From contig JAZGFI010000018.1 in the NCBI GenBank assembly GCA_036479435.1, forward strand, positions 1 through 59,802: 59,802 bases of DNA, given 5' to 3'. Of the stretch, positions 1 through 9,151 are shown piece by piece. The notes under the pieces are model-generated. The model saw only the letters and a list, made by a program, of their open reading frames with translations. It did no database searches and had not been told where the DNA came from. The translations under genes were made by a program, and so were the position numbers. Positions within the stretch are counted from its first letter, which is position 1, and the number at the start of each line of letters is the position of its first letter. This stretch comes from Planctomycetota bacterium. GTDB lineage: Bacteria; Planctomycetota; GCA-002687715; DRQF01.

Positions 1-255
1 ACGCGGTCCTCTTTTTTGATCAACATCGCTAGCGCGGAAAGAAAACACCCGAAGAGCAAGAAAGAAGAAAAAGCGACGGACATCCCTTGACTAGCGGGGC
101 CCTCTCATGGAAGGCACCACGCCGTCACCTTCCAGTACCACCCTTGTCTATACCGTGCCCGCCGCAACGCCGTCACCTATGCGGTGGCGCAACGCCGCCA
201 CCTTACTAGTACCACCCTCGTCGTCACCATGCCACGGAGCAAGGGCCCGCTTCGC

Positions 256-1227
256 TCAAGACGTCCGCTTTTGCAAAACCACGAAATCCTGCCAAGCATC
301 GGGCGCTTCGTGCAGGGCCTGCAGATCCAAAAACTCGGTCCACACGCGCTCGACATAGGCCGGCGAAACAAAAGTCGACCCGTAGGCCTCCAAGTCCCAC
401 TCACCAAAAAACTCTGAGTTCTCCGCCAAGTTCGAACTCACTTCGCCGTAGGGGAAAAACAAAAACCCCTCGGACTCAAAGCGTTTCCACTCCGGCTTGA
501 GGGTCTTTGCGTTCGGGAAGGGATGGCTGCGTTCGCCGTTCAGGATCACCTTGCCGACATGACGTCCTTGAGTCGTCAAGATCGCCCAGCCTCCAGGCTT
601 CAAGATGCGCTGGATCTCCGCCAGCCACATCCGGCTCGCCTCTTCCGTCAAGTGCGAAAACACCGAGTAGGCATAAACGAAATCAAAATGTTCACCGGGC
701 ATCTCGGTCGGCGGCAAGTGCGGCACCGCCTGCGCCTTTTCGACCGGCAGATTCTCGCTCACCCATCGCATCGACTCGGCATCCACATCGCAAGCTTGCA
801 ATTTGATCGCAGAAGCCTCGGGCGCAAAGTTTCGCAAGATGCGTCCGCAGCCCGCCCCAAAATCCAACAACCGCATCCCCGCCCCAATCTTGCCGCCCGC
901 AGCCTCCAAGCAATCCAAAAACCGCCGCCAATTGACCAATCCGCTCACGACGAAGTCGCGGGCATTGCTCTCTTCCCCAAACACCCGGCCCGCCAAGTGC
1001 TCTGGCGGAAACGCCGGCAACAACCCCCGAATCTCTTCCGCCCGCCGGCAGTGCTCAACTTGAGTCCCATGCCAATTCAACCAATACCAGTAGTCCCGCG
1101 CCGCCGCCGCGCCTCCCGCCGGAAACGCCTCCTGAAGATCAGGCCGCTCCGCCCAAACCTCATTCCCAATCTTCAAAAGAGCCGATAGCTGCTCGCCAAG
1201 ACCCGCGCATTCGAATGGAACTTTCAT
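256..1227 (-). CDS. Class I SAM-dependent methyltransferase
   Basis: Motif I LLDFGAGCGR, FDFVYAYSVFSHL, RILKPGG. Start taken at ATG 1227 (6 nt behind a TATGGT -10 box); ORF is open to 1245. Confidence 0.85.
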   Translation of the reverse strand: MKVPFECAGLGEQLSALLKIGNEVWAERPDLQEAFPAGGAAAARDYWYWLNWHGTQVEHCRRAEEIRGLLPAFPPEHLAGRVFGEESNARDFVVSGLVNWRRFLDCLEAAGGKIGAGMRLLDFGAGCGRILRNFAPEASAIKLQACDVDAESMRWVSENLPVEKAQAVPHLPPTEMPGEHFDFVYAYSVFSHLTEEASRMWLAEIQRILKPGGWAILTTQGRHVGKVILNGERSHPFPNAKTLKPEWKRFESEGFLFFPYGEVSSNLAENSEFFGEWDLEAYGSTFVSPAYVERVWTEFLDLQALHEAPDAWQDFVVLQKRTS

Positions 1228-1392
1228 GCCAAGACCATAACGCATCGCCTAGACTCGGCATTGGACCCCTGACTCTAAGGGCTAACGGTAATACTATCGC
1301 GAGTGCTAAGGCATCTTCTGGCGCGAGCGAATTGCCAAATAGCAACCTTGCTCGACCACTACATCAGGCGCCAGGTGGAGTTTGCGTGAAGG

Positions 1393-2455
1393 CTAGGCCT
1401 GGATCGCCTTTTCCATGGCGGAAACTTCGGCGTCGGACAAAAAGTGGAACTGATGGTTTCGCTTGCGGGCGGACAAGCGCCCCTTGTTCTCGAGACAGAA
1501 GCGAATGAAGAGGTCGATCTTTCGGTCGGGTAAGTCCACGATGGCTTGGATGGCCGTTTTGGTTTTGTCGTACTTGGCCAGGAAGGACAGCTCCTCGGTC
1601 AGCTCGGTGTCGATGGTGTGCTCGATGAACTTGCAAAGCGCCTCGGCCTGGGGCGTCATGTCGATGTAGGCATACCACCTCGACGTGTCGTTCTCGACGG
1701 TCATGTGGCCTTGCTCGTCCAGCGTGTACTCGACCAAGGGCATGAGCGTGCGCGAGAACGCTTCGAGCGACGCGGCGTAGTCGCTCGGATTCTTCAACAT
1801 CGAGGCCGAAACCGGAATCATGATTCCCTCGGGCGTAACACGCCGCCGGGAGAGGATGTTGTGGATTAAGAACCGGTGGATGCGGCCGTTACCGTCTTCG
1901 AAGGGGTGAAGAAATACGAAGTCGTAGGCGACGGCCGCGGCATGGATTATGGGTGGAACATCACCTTGATCCATTCGCTGATGGGCCGAGATCAGCCCGC
2001 TCATGAGCGTCGGCACATCTTCGGGCTTCGGACCTGCGAAGTGGACCTTCTCCCGTTGCCAGGCCACACTTTCGCCGACGTAGTTCTGGTCGCTGCGATA
2101 GTCCGATTCTTTGAAGCGCGGATCGACGATTCGGTTTTGCAAGTCAAGCAAATGGGACTTCTCGCAGAAGTCTTCCTTTTCTGCGAACTGCAACATGGTG
2201 ATAAAGCGTTCGGACCGAGTTGATCTTGGTTTGATGTGTTCAATCTCGAAGGATGATTTCGTTTCCTTCGTATAGAGGTAGCTGAGCGCTCGCTTTAGAA
2301 GTTCGGGAGAGTAAGCCGACACGACCTTCAAACATCGCTCGTTGAGGTTGGTCTCTTGAAGGCGTTGAAGGGTTTCGGTCTTTCGGACGGTCGGGCAAAA
2401 ACCAGCTTCACCCAGCTGGACTGTTTCCGCCAATCGGTAATTGGTGTTCAGACAT
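1393..2455 (-). pseudogene. Fic-family protein, N-terminally deleted/frameshifted
   Basis: Fic motif HPFEDGNGRIHR is intact. The long ORF has no credible start. An out-of-frame ATG at 2455 gives MSEHQLPIGGNSPAG* (stop 2408-2410), overlapping the point where Fic-like sequence (LGEAGFCPTVRKT) begins. Confidence 0.65.
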
Positions 2456-2599
2456 GCCTTTTCCCGAAAAACAGGAACAGTTCGAGAATAATGCGCCAGA
2501 ATGGCGGCGTGGCAAGAAAAACGCGCCAGGGCGGGTATTCGACAGTCAAGTGCTCGCTGCAGAACGATGCTTAGCGGCCCTCGGGCCAAATGCGAAGGA

Positions 2600-3295
2600 C
2601 TAGGACTTGCGGCCGAAGGAGAGGTCGCCGGCGTCGCCGAGGCCGGGGACGATGTAGTTTTGTTCGTTGAGCTTGTCGTCGGCGGTGGCGAAGAAGACTT
2701 CGATGTTGGGGATGGCTTGGCGGAGGCGGCTGAAGGTGTCGCGGTAGCCGACGAGGCCGGCGACGATGAAGCGAGCGGGGGTTTGCTTGCGGGCTTTGAG
2801 GGCGGCGTAGATGTCGAGGATGGTGCTGCCGGTGGCGACCATGGGGTCGACGAAGATCATGGTCTTGCCGGCGGAGACCGCCAAGGACTGGTAGCCGATG
2901 TCGACGTTCAAGGCGAGGTCGTCGGAGGCGGTCTTGGGCTTTGTGGATTCGGCGCGGGAGGCGCCGAAGAAGCTGACGTCGGAGTCGGGGAAGACGTCCA
3001 TGAAACCGTCGAGAAAGGGCAGGCCAGCGCGGAGGGCGGTGGCGAGGACGGGAGGCTCAAGAGGGAGGTCGATTTGTTTGTGGCCCAGAGGGGTTTCGAC
3101 GGCGCAGGGCTTGGTTTCGAGGTGTTTGCCGATCTCGAAGGCTAAAAAAGTCCCGACTTGCCGCATGGCGCGTCGAAAGTGAGCGCGGTCGACTTGGAGA
3201 TCGACGCAGCGGAGGGTCTCCAATAGCGGACCCAAGACAGCATTGGCTTGCGCATCGAGGACTTGGAGCGTTTCGGCGTGGGGCTGGGTGGGCAT
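2600..3295 (-). CDS. upp: Uracil phosphoribosyltransferase
   Basis: LRAG, PRPP motif VDPMVATGST, C-terminal LNEQNYIVPGLGDAGD. Confidence 0.92.
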   Translation of the reverse strand: MPTQPHAETLQVLDAQANAVLGPLLETLRCVDLQVDRAHFRRAMRQVGTFLAFEIGKHLETKPCAVETPLGHKQIDLPLEPPVLATALRAGLPFLDGFMDVFPDSDVSFFGASRAESTKPKTASDDLALNVDIGYQSLAVSAGKTMIFVDPMVATGSTILDIYAALKARKQTPARFIVAGLVGYRDTFSRLRQAIPNIEVFFATADDKLNEQNYIVPGLGDAGDLSFGRKS

Positions 3296-3485
3296 GGCTG
3301 TCTCGCGCGGATTCCCAATTTGGGCTCAGGCTGTAGGCCCAAAGTAAGCCCTGGCTAAGGGACCATCGAAAAAAACTCTGCCGGACGACCCGCCTATATC
3401 GTGGGTTTGTCCAGATAGGACCCCCAGATCATGAGGGTTGTCGCGGATTGGGCCCAAATATCGGTATTGGGGCCCGAAAAGAACT

Positions 3486-3540
3486 TTGACAGAGGGGTGG
3501 GGATGAGTGTAGAACTATGGCGGTTGGTGGAAGGAAAGGG
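3486..3540 (+). promoter_or_regulatory. Sigma70-like dcw promoter with overlapping 10-bp-periodic GTGG-like boxes (putative MraZ operator)
   Basis: TTGACA 3486-3491 and TAGAAC 3510-3515; GTGG/GTGT/ATGG/GTGG/AGGG start at 3497, 3507, 3517, 3527 and 3537. Confidence 0.65.
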
Positions 3541-3809
3541 CTCTCTGGGAGTCGCCTGAAGCAGATTTTGGAGCCGGAACGCTGAGGGGCGTTCGGGCAG
3601 GACGCCGAGGGGATGCTGGAGGGCATTCCCCAACGATTCCGATCCCGCGCTGAAAACTGGCGAATCCAGTTCTTGGCAAGTGGTGAGGGCCTGCCGGCAC
3701 GAAGGGGCTGGTGGATCGGAGTTTGGAGGCATGACCCGCGCATTGGGGGTCGACCGGGGCGGTGAGGCGCCTCGGCGGCCATGCCCGGGCGCGAGGTCGG
3801 GAGTCAGGA

Positions 3810-4295
3810 ATGCTGCTAGGACGACAACCGAACAATCCTTTGCTGGATGGAAAGTGGCGCTTCACCGTGCCGCGTTGCATCCGCGAGGAGGTGGCGGACG
3901 AGGGTGAGGCCGCGTCGTTCCACTTGGGGGTCTTGCTCGACAAGTGCGTTTACCTTCATACGGAGGAACAGCAGGAGGTCTTCCTTAGCGCTTTTGACGA
4001 AGCGACGGACGACACCGAAAAGAACCGGGCTCTGAAGACCATGGTTCACGCGGCATTCGTTCCCGTCACGACAGACAAGGCTGGCCGCGTGATCATACCA
4101 GCTGATCTCCGCAAGAAGGCGGGAATCATCAAAGAGATCGTGGTGGTCGGCATGAAAGACCGCACCGAGCTCTGGGGAGTTGAGGTTTACGACCAACTCC
4201 ACGAGGTCAACGAGGAAGTCTTCCGAGTTGGGCTCGAAGAAGCACTGCAGCGCGTTGGGGAAGCGCGCCGCAGTCGCCGAGCGCGGGATGACTGA
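3810..4295 (+). CDS. mraZ: Division/cell wall cluster transcriptional regulator MraZ
   Basis: LDGKWRFTVP and DKAGRVIIP repeats, VVVGMKDRTELW; first gene of the dcw cluster, overlapping rsmH. Confidence 0.9.
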   Translation: MLLGRQPNNPLLDGKWRFTVPRCIREEVADEGEAASFHLGVLLDKCVYLHTEEQQEVFLSAFDEATDDTEKNRALKTMVHAAFVPVTTDKAGRVIIPADLRKKAGIIKEIVVVGMKDRTELWGVEVYDQLHEVNEEVFRVGLEEALQRVGEARRSRRARDD

Positions 4296-5178
4296 CTGGG
4301 GACACGTCCCGGTTCTGCCGCAGGAAGTCATGGAGTTTCTCCAGCCGCGCTCGGGCGGGATCTACGCAGATCTCACCCTGGGAGCTGGTGGCCACACGGA
4401 GCTTATTCTCGAGGCGAGTAGCCCCGAGGGGGTCGTTCTCGCCTTCGACCGCGACCCCGCTGCGATCAAGACGGCTCGCCGTCGTCTTGAAGACTACGGC
4501 GAGCGTTTCGAAGTGACGCGTTGTGACTTCGCGGCGGCGCCCGCTTGGCTGGAACAACAGGGAGCGACACCGCTGGCGGGAGCGCTCCTTGACTTAGGGG
4601 TTTCGTCGATGCAACTCGACGACCCCAAGCGCGGATTCGGATTCCGCGAGGATGGGCCTCTCGACATGAGGATGTCGCGAGGCGGCAAAATCAACGCCGA
4701 GCGCATCGTGGCCACCGCCTCGGGCGCGGAGCTGGAAGAGATCTTACGTGAGTACGGGGAGGAACCCCGCGCCCGCGCGATCGCCAACAAGATCGTCGAA
4801 GTCCGCAAGCGAACGCGGATTACGCGAACCAAGGAACTCGCCGAATTGGTGCGGTCCGTGACCGGGAGCAGAGGTAAGACTCACCCGGCGACTCGGACCT
4901 TCCAGGCGCTTCGAATCGCCACGAATCGCGAATTGGAGTCCATCGAGAGCGTCTTGCCGCGGATGGTGCAACTCTTGGACGAAGGTGCGCGACTCGTCGT
5001 CATCTCGTTTCATTCGCTCGAGGATCGTCTGGTTAAAGAGGCCTTTCGACTCGAAGAGAAACAGGGGCACGGTCGCAATTTGACGAAGAAGCCGATCGGG
5101 CCGGGTACCGCCGAACTCGATCGCAATCGTCGATCGAGAAGCGCACGACTGCGTGTGTTTGAGCGGACAGGGAACTAA
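4288..5178 (+). CDS. rsmH: 16S rRNA m4C1402 methyltransferase
   Basis: HVPVL, DLTLGAGGH, DLGVSSMQLD, GPLDMRM, TRTFQALRI, ISFHSLEDRLVK. Confidence 0.97.
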   Translation: MTDWGHVPVLPQEVMEFLQPRSGGIYADLTLGAGGHTELILEASSPEGVVLAFDRDPAAIKTARRRLEDYGERFEVTRCDFAAAPAWLEQQGATPLAGALLDLGVSSMQLDDPKRGFGFREDGPLDMRMSRGGKINAERIVATASGAELEEILREYGEEPRARAIANKIVEVRKRTRITRTKELAELVRSVTGSRGKTHPATRTFQALRIATNRELESIESVLPRMVQLLDEGARLVVISFHSLEDRLVKEAFRLEEKQGHGRNLTKKPIGPGTAELDRNRRSRSARLRVFERTGN

Positions 5179-5183
5179 GCGCC

Positions 5184-5471
5184 ATGGGCCCGAAGCTGAG
5201 AATTGTGCTCTTTGGCCTGGGCATTCTGACTTTGTTCGGGGTGCTCTTGCGAACGCTTTATCTCGAAAGCGCGATCATCGCGAACGCCTACGAGATCAGA
5301 AAGCTGCGCGAAGAAGAAGCGTGGCTAAAGAACAACAACGGCGTTCTTCGGTCGGATATTGCCTTTCGCCTCAACCAATCGGTGTTGCGGGCGAAGGCGC
5401 GGGAAATGGGCATGGAAGAGAACGCAACCGTCATTCCGGTTTCGGTCGGCCCGATTCCCAAAGGGAACTAG
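5184..5471 (+). CDS. ftsL: FtsL-like small bitopic coiled-coil protein
   Basis: Canonical position between rsmH and ftsI; one TM segment, coiled coil and AREMGM motif. Confidence 0.65.
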   Translation: MGPKLRIVLFGLGILTLFGVLLRTLYLESAIIANAYEIRKLREEEAWLKNNNGVLRSDIAFRLNQSVLRAKAREMGMEENATVIPVSVGPIPKGN

Positions 5472-5527
5472 CTTCTCGAACAGAGTTTCAGAGTCTAAAG
5501 CGAAGGCGCGGCAACGCGAAGAGGGAC

Positions 5528-7381
5528 ATGGGAATCAACCATCAACAACGGCAAAAGATCTCGCGCATCGTCGCGATCTTGTTGTTTGGTGGTTACACCT
5601 TGGTTGTCTCGCGCCTGCTCCATGTGCAGGTGACTAAGGCCGAGACCTTCGCCGGTCTGCAAGATTCGATGCTCGTGCGCCAACGGCACAAGATCGGCAG
5701 CTCTCAGTTCGAACGCGGTACCCGGGGCCGAATCCTCGATGCGGACGGTGTTCAACTCGCCCTCGGTTTCGACACCTACCGTCTGATCGTCGATCCTGCG
5801 ATGCCGCGGCGCGCGGGAAGCGCCACGCTTAAGGATCGCCTAAGGGTCGCCTTGCGCGCCGTCGAATCTATCGGGATTGAGGTCGATAGCGTGCGCTTTT
5901 TCGAACGCGGCGGCCAAACTCACGTCGACCAGGTGCGTCCCAACGGCTTCATCGAATCTCGCAGGGTTCGCCGGCGCGTGCTGCTGTCGGGGCTGTTGCC
6001 TTACCAGCGTGACTACTTGCAAGAAATTTTCCAGCGCCGCAATCAACGATTTAGAGACTTCAGCTTCGAAGCGGAGTCGGAGCGCGAGTACCCGCAGGGA
6101 TCACTCTGCGCCGAGGTCATTGGCTTCGTCGGGAGGAGTGGTGCCGACATCGAAAACCGTCCGCGAGGGCGCGCGGGTATCGAATTCGTCTTAGATGAAC
6201 TATTGAGCGGCGAGCACGGCGAGTTTGATTGCGAAAAAGACGGTTTGGGTCGTGAATTCGATCAGAACGGTCGTTGGATCAAAGCGCCCAAAGACGGCTA
6301 CGACGTCGGCCTCAGCCTTAGCGTCGGCATCCAGACCATCGCCGACGAAGAGATCCGGAAGGTCTACCAGGAGTTTGATTGCCAAGCCGTGACGGCCATC
6401 GTCATGGAGACCCAAACCGGTCGCATCCTCGCCTTGCGAAGCTACCCGACTTTTGCCGTCGAAGACGTGCGCGCCAATCGCGTGCACATCCGCGACACGG
6501 TTTGCCGCGCCGTCGCGAACACCTATCCGCCGGGCTCGGTCTTCAAGCCCTTCATCGCCGCCTGGGCCTTGGATCGTGGCTTGGTGAGCTGGGACGATGT
6601 GTTCGACGTTAGCGCCGGAATTGCGCGGTTTGAGTGGCAAGGAAAAGGCCGCCGTGTCCGCGACTCACATCCCAATGGCGTGCTGGATTTGCGCGGTGTT
6701 ATCCGCGTGAGTTCCAACATGGCAATGGCGCAGATCGGCCACGAGCGTCTCGGTTTTGGCGGTGTCTACGACGCCGTCGAAGGCTTCGAGTTCGGGCGTC
6801 GCACTGGGGTCTTATTGCCGCACGAGCCGCGGCCGCTGTTTGCGTCTCGGGCTGCCGCCAATCCGCTCTACTTTTCGACGTCGGTGAGTTTCGGTCAAGA
6901 AATCAGCCTGACTCCGCTCCAGATCGCGTCGAAGTTTGCGGTGTTCGGCACCGGGGGGATCTATTGCGAACCGAGTCTTGTCGACTGGATTGGCAAAGGC
7001 AGCGATCGCCGCGCGAACACTCGCAGCCGCCGCCGGCTTATCTCGGCAAAGGTCGCGGATGAAATGAAAACCGTGCTGATCGACGTCGTTGAAAACGGCA
7101 CCGCGAAGCCACTCAAGGACTTGCCTTGGCAGGTCGCCGCGAAGACCGGTACCGCCGAGCTATTCGACAAGAACGGCAACATGATGGGATACAGCTCGAG
7201 CATCTGCGCCTTGGCGCCCGCCGCCGATCCCATGATTACGGTCTGGGTCGGGTTACACGAACTAAACGGCACGAGGATCTACGCGACGAGTACCGCGGGG
7301 CCCGCTGTCCGCGCCATCATCGAGCGAACCCTGACGAAACTCGGCGTACCCGCAGAGGTGGGACGCGAGGAGGAGGAATGA
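5528..7381 (+). CDS. ftsI: Class B penicillin-binding protein (FtsI/PBP3-like transpeptidase)
   Basis: N-terminal TM, RGRILD, REYPQG, SVFK (SxxK), SSN and KTGTAE motifs. Confidence 0.9.
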   Translation: MGINHQQRQKISRIVAILLFGGYTLVVSRLLHVQVTKAETFAGLQDSMLVRQRHKIGSSQFERGTRGRILDADGVQLALGFDTYRLIVDPAMPRRAGSATLKDRLRVALRAVESIGIEVDSVRFFERGGQTHVDQVRPNGFIESRRVRRRVLLSGLLPYQRDYLQEIFQRRNQRFRDFSFEAESEREYPQGSLCAEVIGFVGRSGADIENRPRGRAGIEFVLDELLSGEHGEFDCEKDGLGREFDQNGRWIKAPKDGYDVGLSLSVGIQTIADEEIRKVYQEFDCQAVTAIVMETQTGRILALRSYPTFAVEDVRANRVHIRDTVCRAVANTYPPGSVFKPFIAAWALDRGLVSWDDVFDVSAGIARFEWQGKGRRVRDSHPNGVLDLRGVIRVSSNMAMAQIGHERLGFGGVYDAVEGFEFGRRTGVLLPHEPRPLFASRAAANPLYFSTSVSFGQEISLTPLQIASKFAVFGTGGIYCEPSLVDWIGKGSDRRANTRSRRRLISAKVADEMKTVLIDVVENGTAKPLKDLPWQVAAKTGTAELFDKNGNMMGYSSSICALAPAADPMITVWVGLHELNGTRIYATSTAGPAVRAIIERTLTKLGVPAEVGREEEE

Positions 7382-7542
7382 TGCGAACAACGATGGAAGG
7401 CTTGTGGCGAAACCGTGCGCCGCGGGAAGACGACGAGCCTAGGCTCATTCCCGCCCCGGTGACGAGCGCGGAGACCGGTCCGATCATTGCCCAGGTGCGC
7501 GGGGTTGTAAGCCGCGTCATCAACTGGTTCACAGAGTATTAG
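7378..7542 (+). CDS. 54-aa hypothetical protein
   Basis: GAGGAGGA SD; ATGA overlap with the ftsI stop and TAGTG overlap with the murE start. Confidence 0.6.
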   Translation: MMRTTMEGLWRNRAPREDDEPRLIPAPVTSAETGPIIAQVRGVVSRVINWFTEY

Positions 7543-9101
7543 TGCGGCTGAAAGCGCTGCTCGCCGGAACGGGGCTTAGCGAGGAGGGGTCTTGTGATCC
7601 ACCGATCACAGGACTGAGTGCAGACTCGCGCCGCATCGAAGTTGGCGATCTGTTCATTGCGGTGCGAGGCAGCGCGGTAGATGGAGGAGACTTCATCGAG
7701 GACGCCTTGAGCCGCGGAGCGGCGGCGGTCGTCGCAGCGGGAGATCGACCGGAAGGTTGGCCCGTGGAAGTTGCGTTCGTGTCGCTCGGCTCCGCTTCGC
7801 AGGTGTCGCCGGACCAAGGCGAGCCGGGCCTTACTGATCGCTGTGCCTACGCGGAGTTGGCCGCCAACTTTTGGGGCCGACCGTCTGAAAGGCTGACTTT
7901 GGTCGGCGTGACGGGCACCAATGGCAAGACGACGACGGCGTCGTTAATCGAATCGATCCTCGAGTCCGCTTGGGGAGGTTGTGGGCTCCTCGGAACGGTG
8001 AGGAGTTCAACCGGAAAAACGAGTCGCGCGTCGTCGATGACGACCCCGGCCCCAGAATATCTGCAAGCGGCCTTGGCCGAAATGGTCGCGGCGGGATTAC
8101 CCGCCGTGGTGATGGAAGTTTCCTCGCACGCTTTGGATCAAGACCGCGTCGCCGCGCTGAGTTTCGACCTCGCGGTGTACACGAGTCTGGGACGGGATCA
8201 TCTCGACTACCACGGCAGCCTCGAAGCCTACGCGGCGGCGAAGGCGAAGTTGGTCGGGGGAATCGTTTCCGGAGGAGCCTTGGTCCTCAATGAGGACGAC
8301 GTCGTCTTTCGAGGCCTCGCTTCACAGCGAGACCCGACGGTGCGCTTGCTGTGCTACTCGGCCCGTGGCCAAGACGGTGTCGACCTTGGGGTCGAAGTCG
8401 TTGAGACCAGCATCGCTGGCAGTCGTTTTCGCCTTTGCGTCGGCTCTTTAGAGCCGGGCCGCCAAGACGCGCATTGTTCTCTCTTCGGAGAGCACAACAT
8501 CGAAAACATCCTCGCCGCAAGCGCGGCGGGGCTGGCCTTGGGATTGACTTTGGAAGAAGTCGCCACCGGCCTGGAGCGATTTCCCGGCGTACCGGGACGG
8601 ATGGAAACGCTGCGCATGGCGGCGGACTACGGCTTTGAAGTCGTTGTCGACTACATGCACACGCCCGACGCCTACGCGCGCGTTATCGCGGGGCTAAGGG
8701 AGATGCTGGCGAAGACCCAAGGTCGCTTGATTTTGGTCTTTGGTTGCGGTGGAGACCGCGACTCCGGCAAGCGCCCGCAGATGGGGCGCCTGGCGGCAGC
8801 GGGCGCCGATCTTGTGTTTTTCACCGCGGACAACCCGCGAGGAGAGACCCTCGACGCCATTGCCAAGGATGTCGAGGCCGGTGTTGAGGCTGGCGAAAGC
8901 CGCGCCCAGTGGTGCCGGATCGACGACCGCCGCGAGGCAATTTGGGCCGCCTTGGATGCGGCGCGCGCAAACGACATCTGTTTGCTCGCGGGAAAAGGGC
9001 ACGAGACTTTCCAGGTCTTGGGTTCGAAGACTCTTGACTGGGACGACCGCGCGGTGGTTGCGGAATGGGCCCAACGAAAAGACAAGCCCGCAGGCTCTTA
9101 G
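7542..9101 (+). CDS. murE: UDP-MurNAc-Ala-Glu:meso-DAP ligase
   Basis: GVTGTNGKTT, MEVSSHAL, DHLDYH, GCGGDRD, DNPR (DAP-type), AGKGHE. Confidence 0.96.
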   Translation: MRLKALLAGTGLSEEGSCDPPITGLSADSRRIEVGDLFIAVRGSAVDGGDFIEDALSRGAAAVVAAGDRPEGWPVEVAFVSLGSASQVSPDQGEPGLTDRCAYAELAANFWGRPSERLTLVGVTGTNGKTTTASLIESILESAWGGCGLLGTVRSSTGKTSRASSMTTPAPEYLQAALAEMVAAGLPAVVMEVSSHALDQDRVAALSFDLAVYTSLGRDHLDYHGSLEAYAAAKAKLVGGIVSGGALVLNEDDVVFRGLASQRDPTVRLLCYSARGQDGVDLGVEVVETSIAGSRFRLCVGSLEPGRQDAHCSLFGEHNIENILAASAAGLALGLTLEEVATGLERFPGVPGRMETLRMAADYGFEVVVDYMHTPDAYARVIAGLREMLAKTQGRLILVFGCGGDRDSGKRPQMGRLAAAGADLVFFTADNPRGETLDAIAKDVEAGVEAGESRAQWCRIDDRREAIWAALDAARANDICLLAGKGHETFQVLGSKTLDWDDRAVVAEWAQRKDKPAGS

Positions 9102-9151
9102 TGCTTGCGGGGTGACGATGGACACGAAGTTTTGAGGAGCAACGGTAAGTC

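Noticed and set aside
119..230. Possible CRISPR array
   Set aside because: Repeats are short, degenerate and irregularly spaced; no cas genes.
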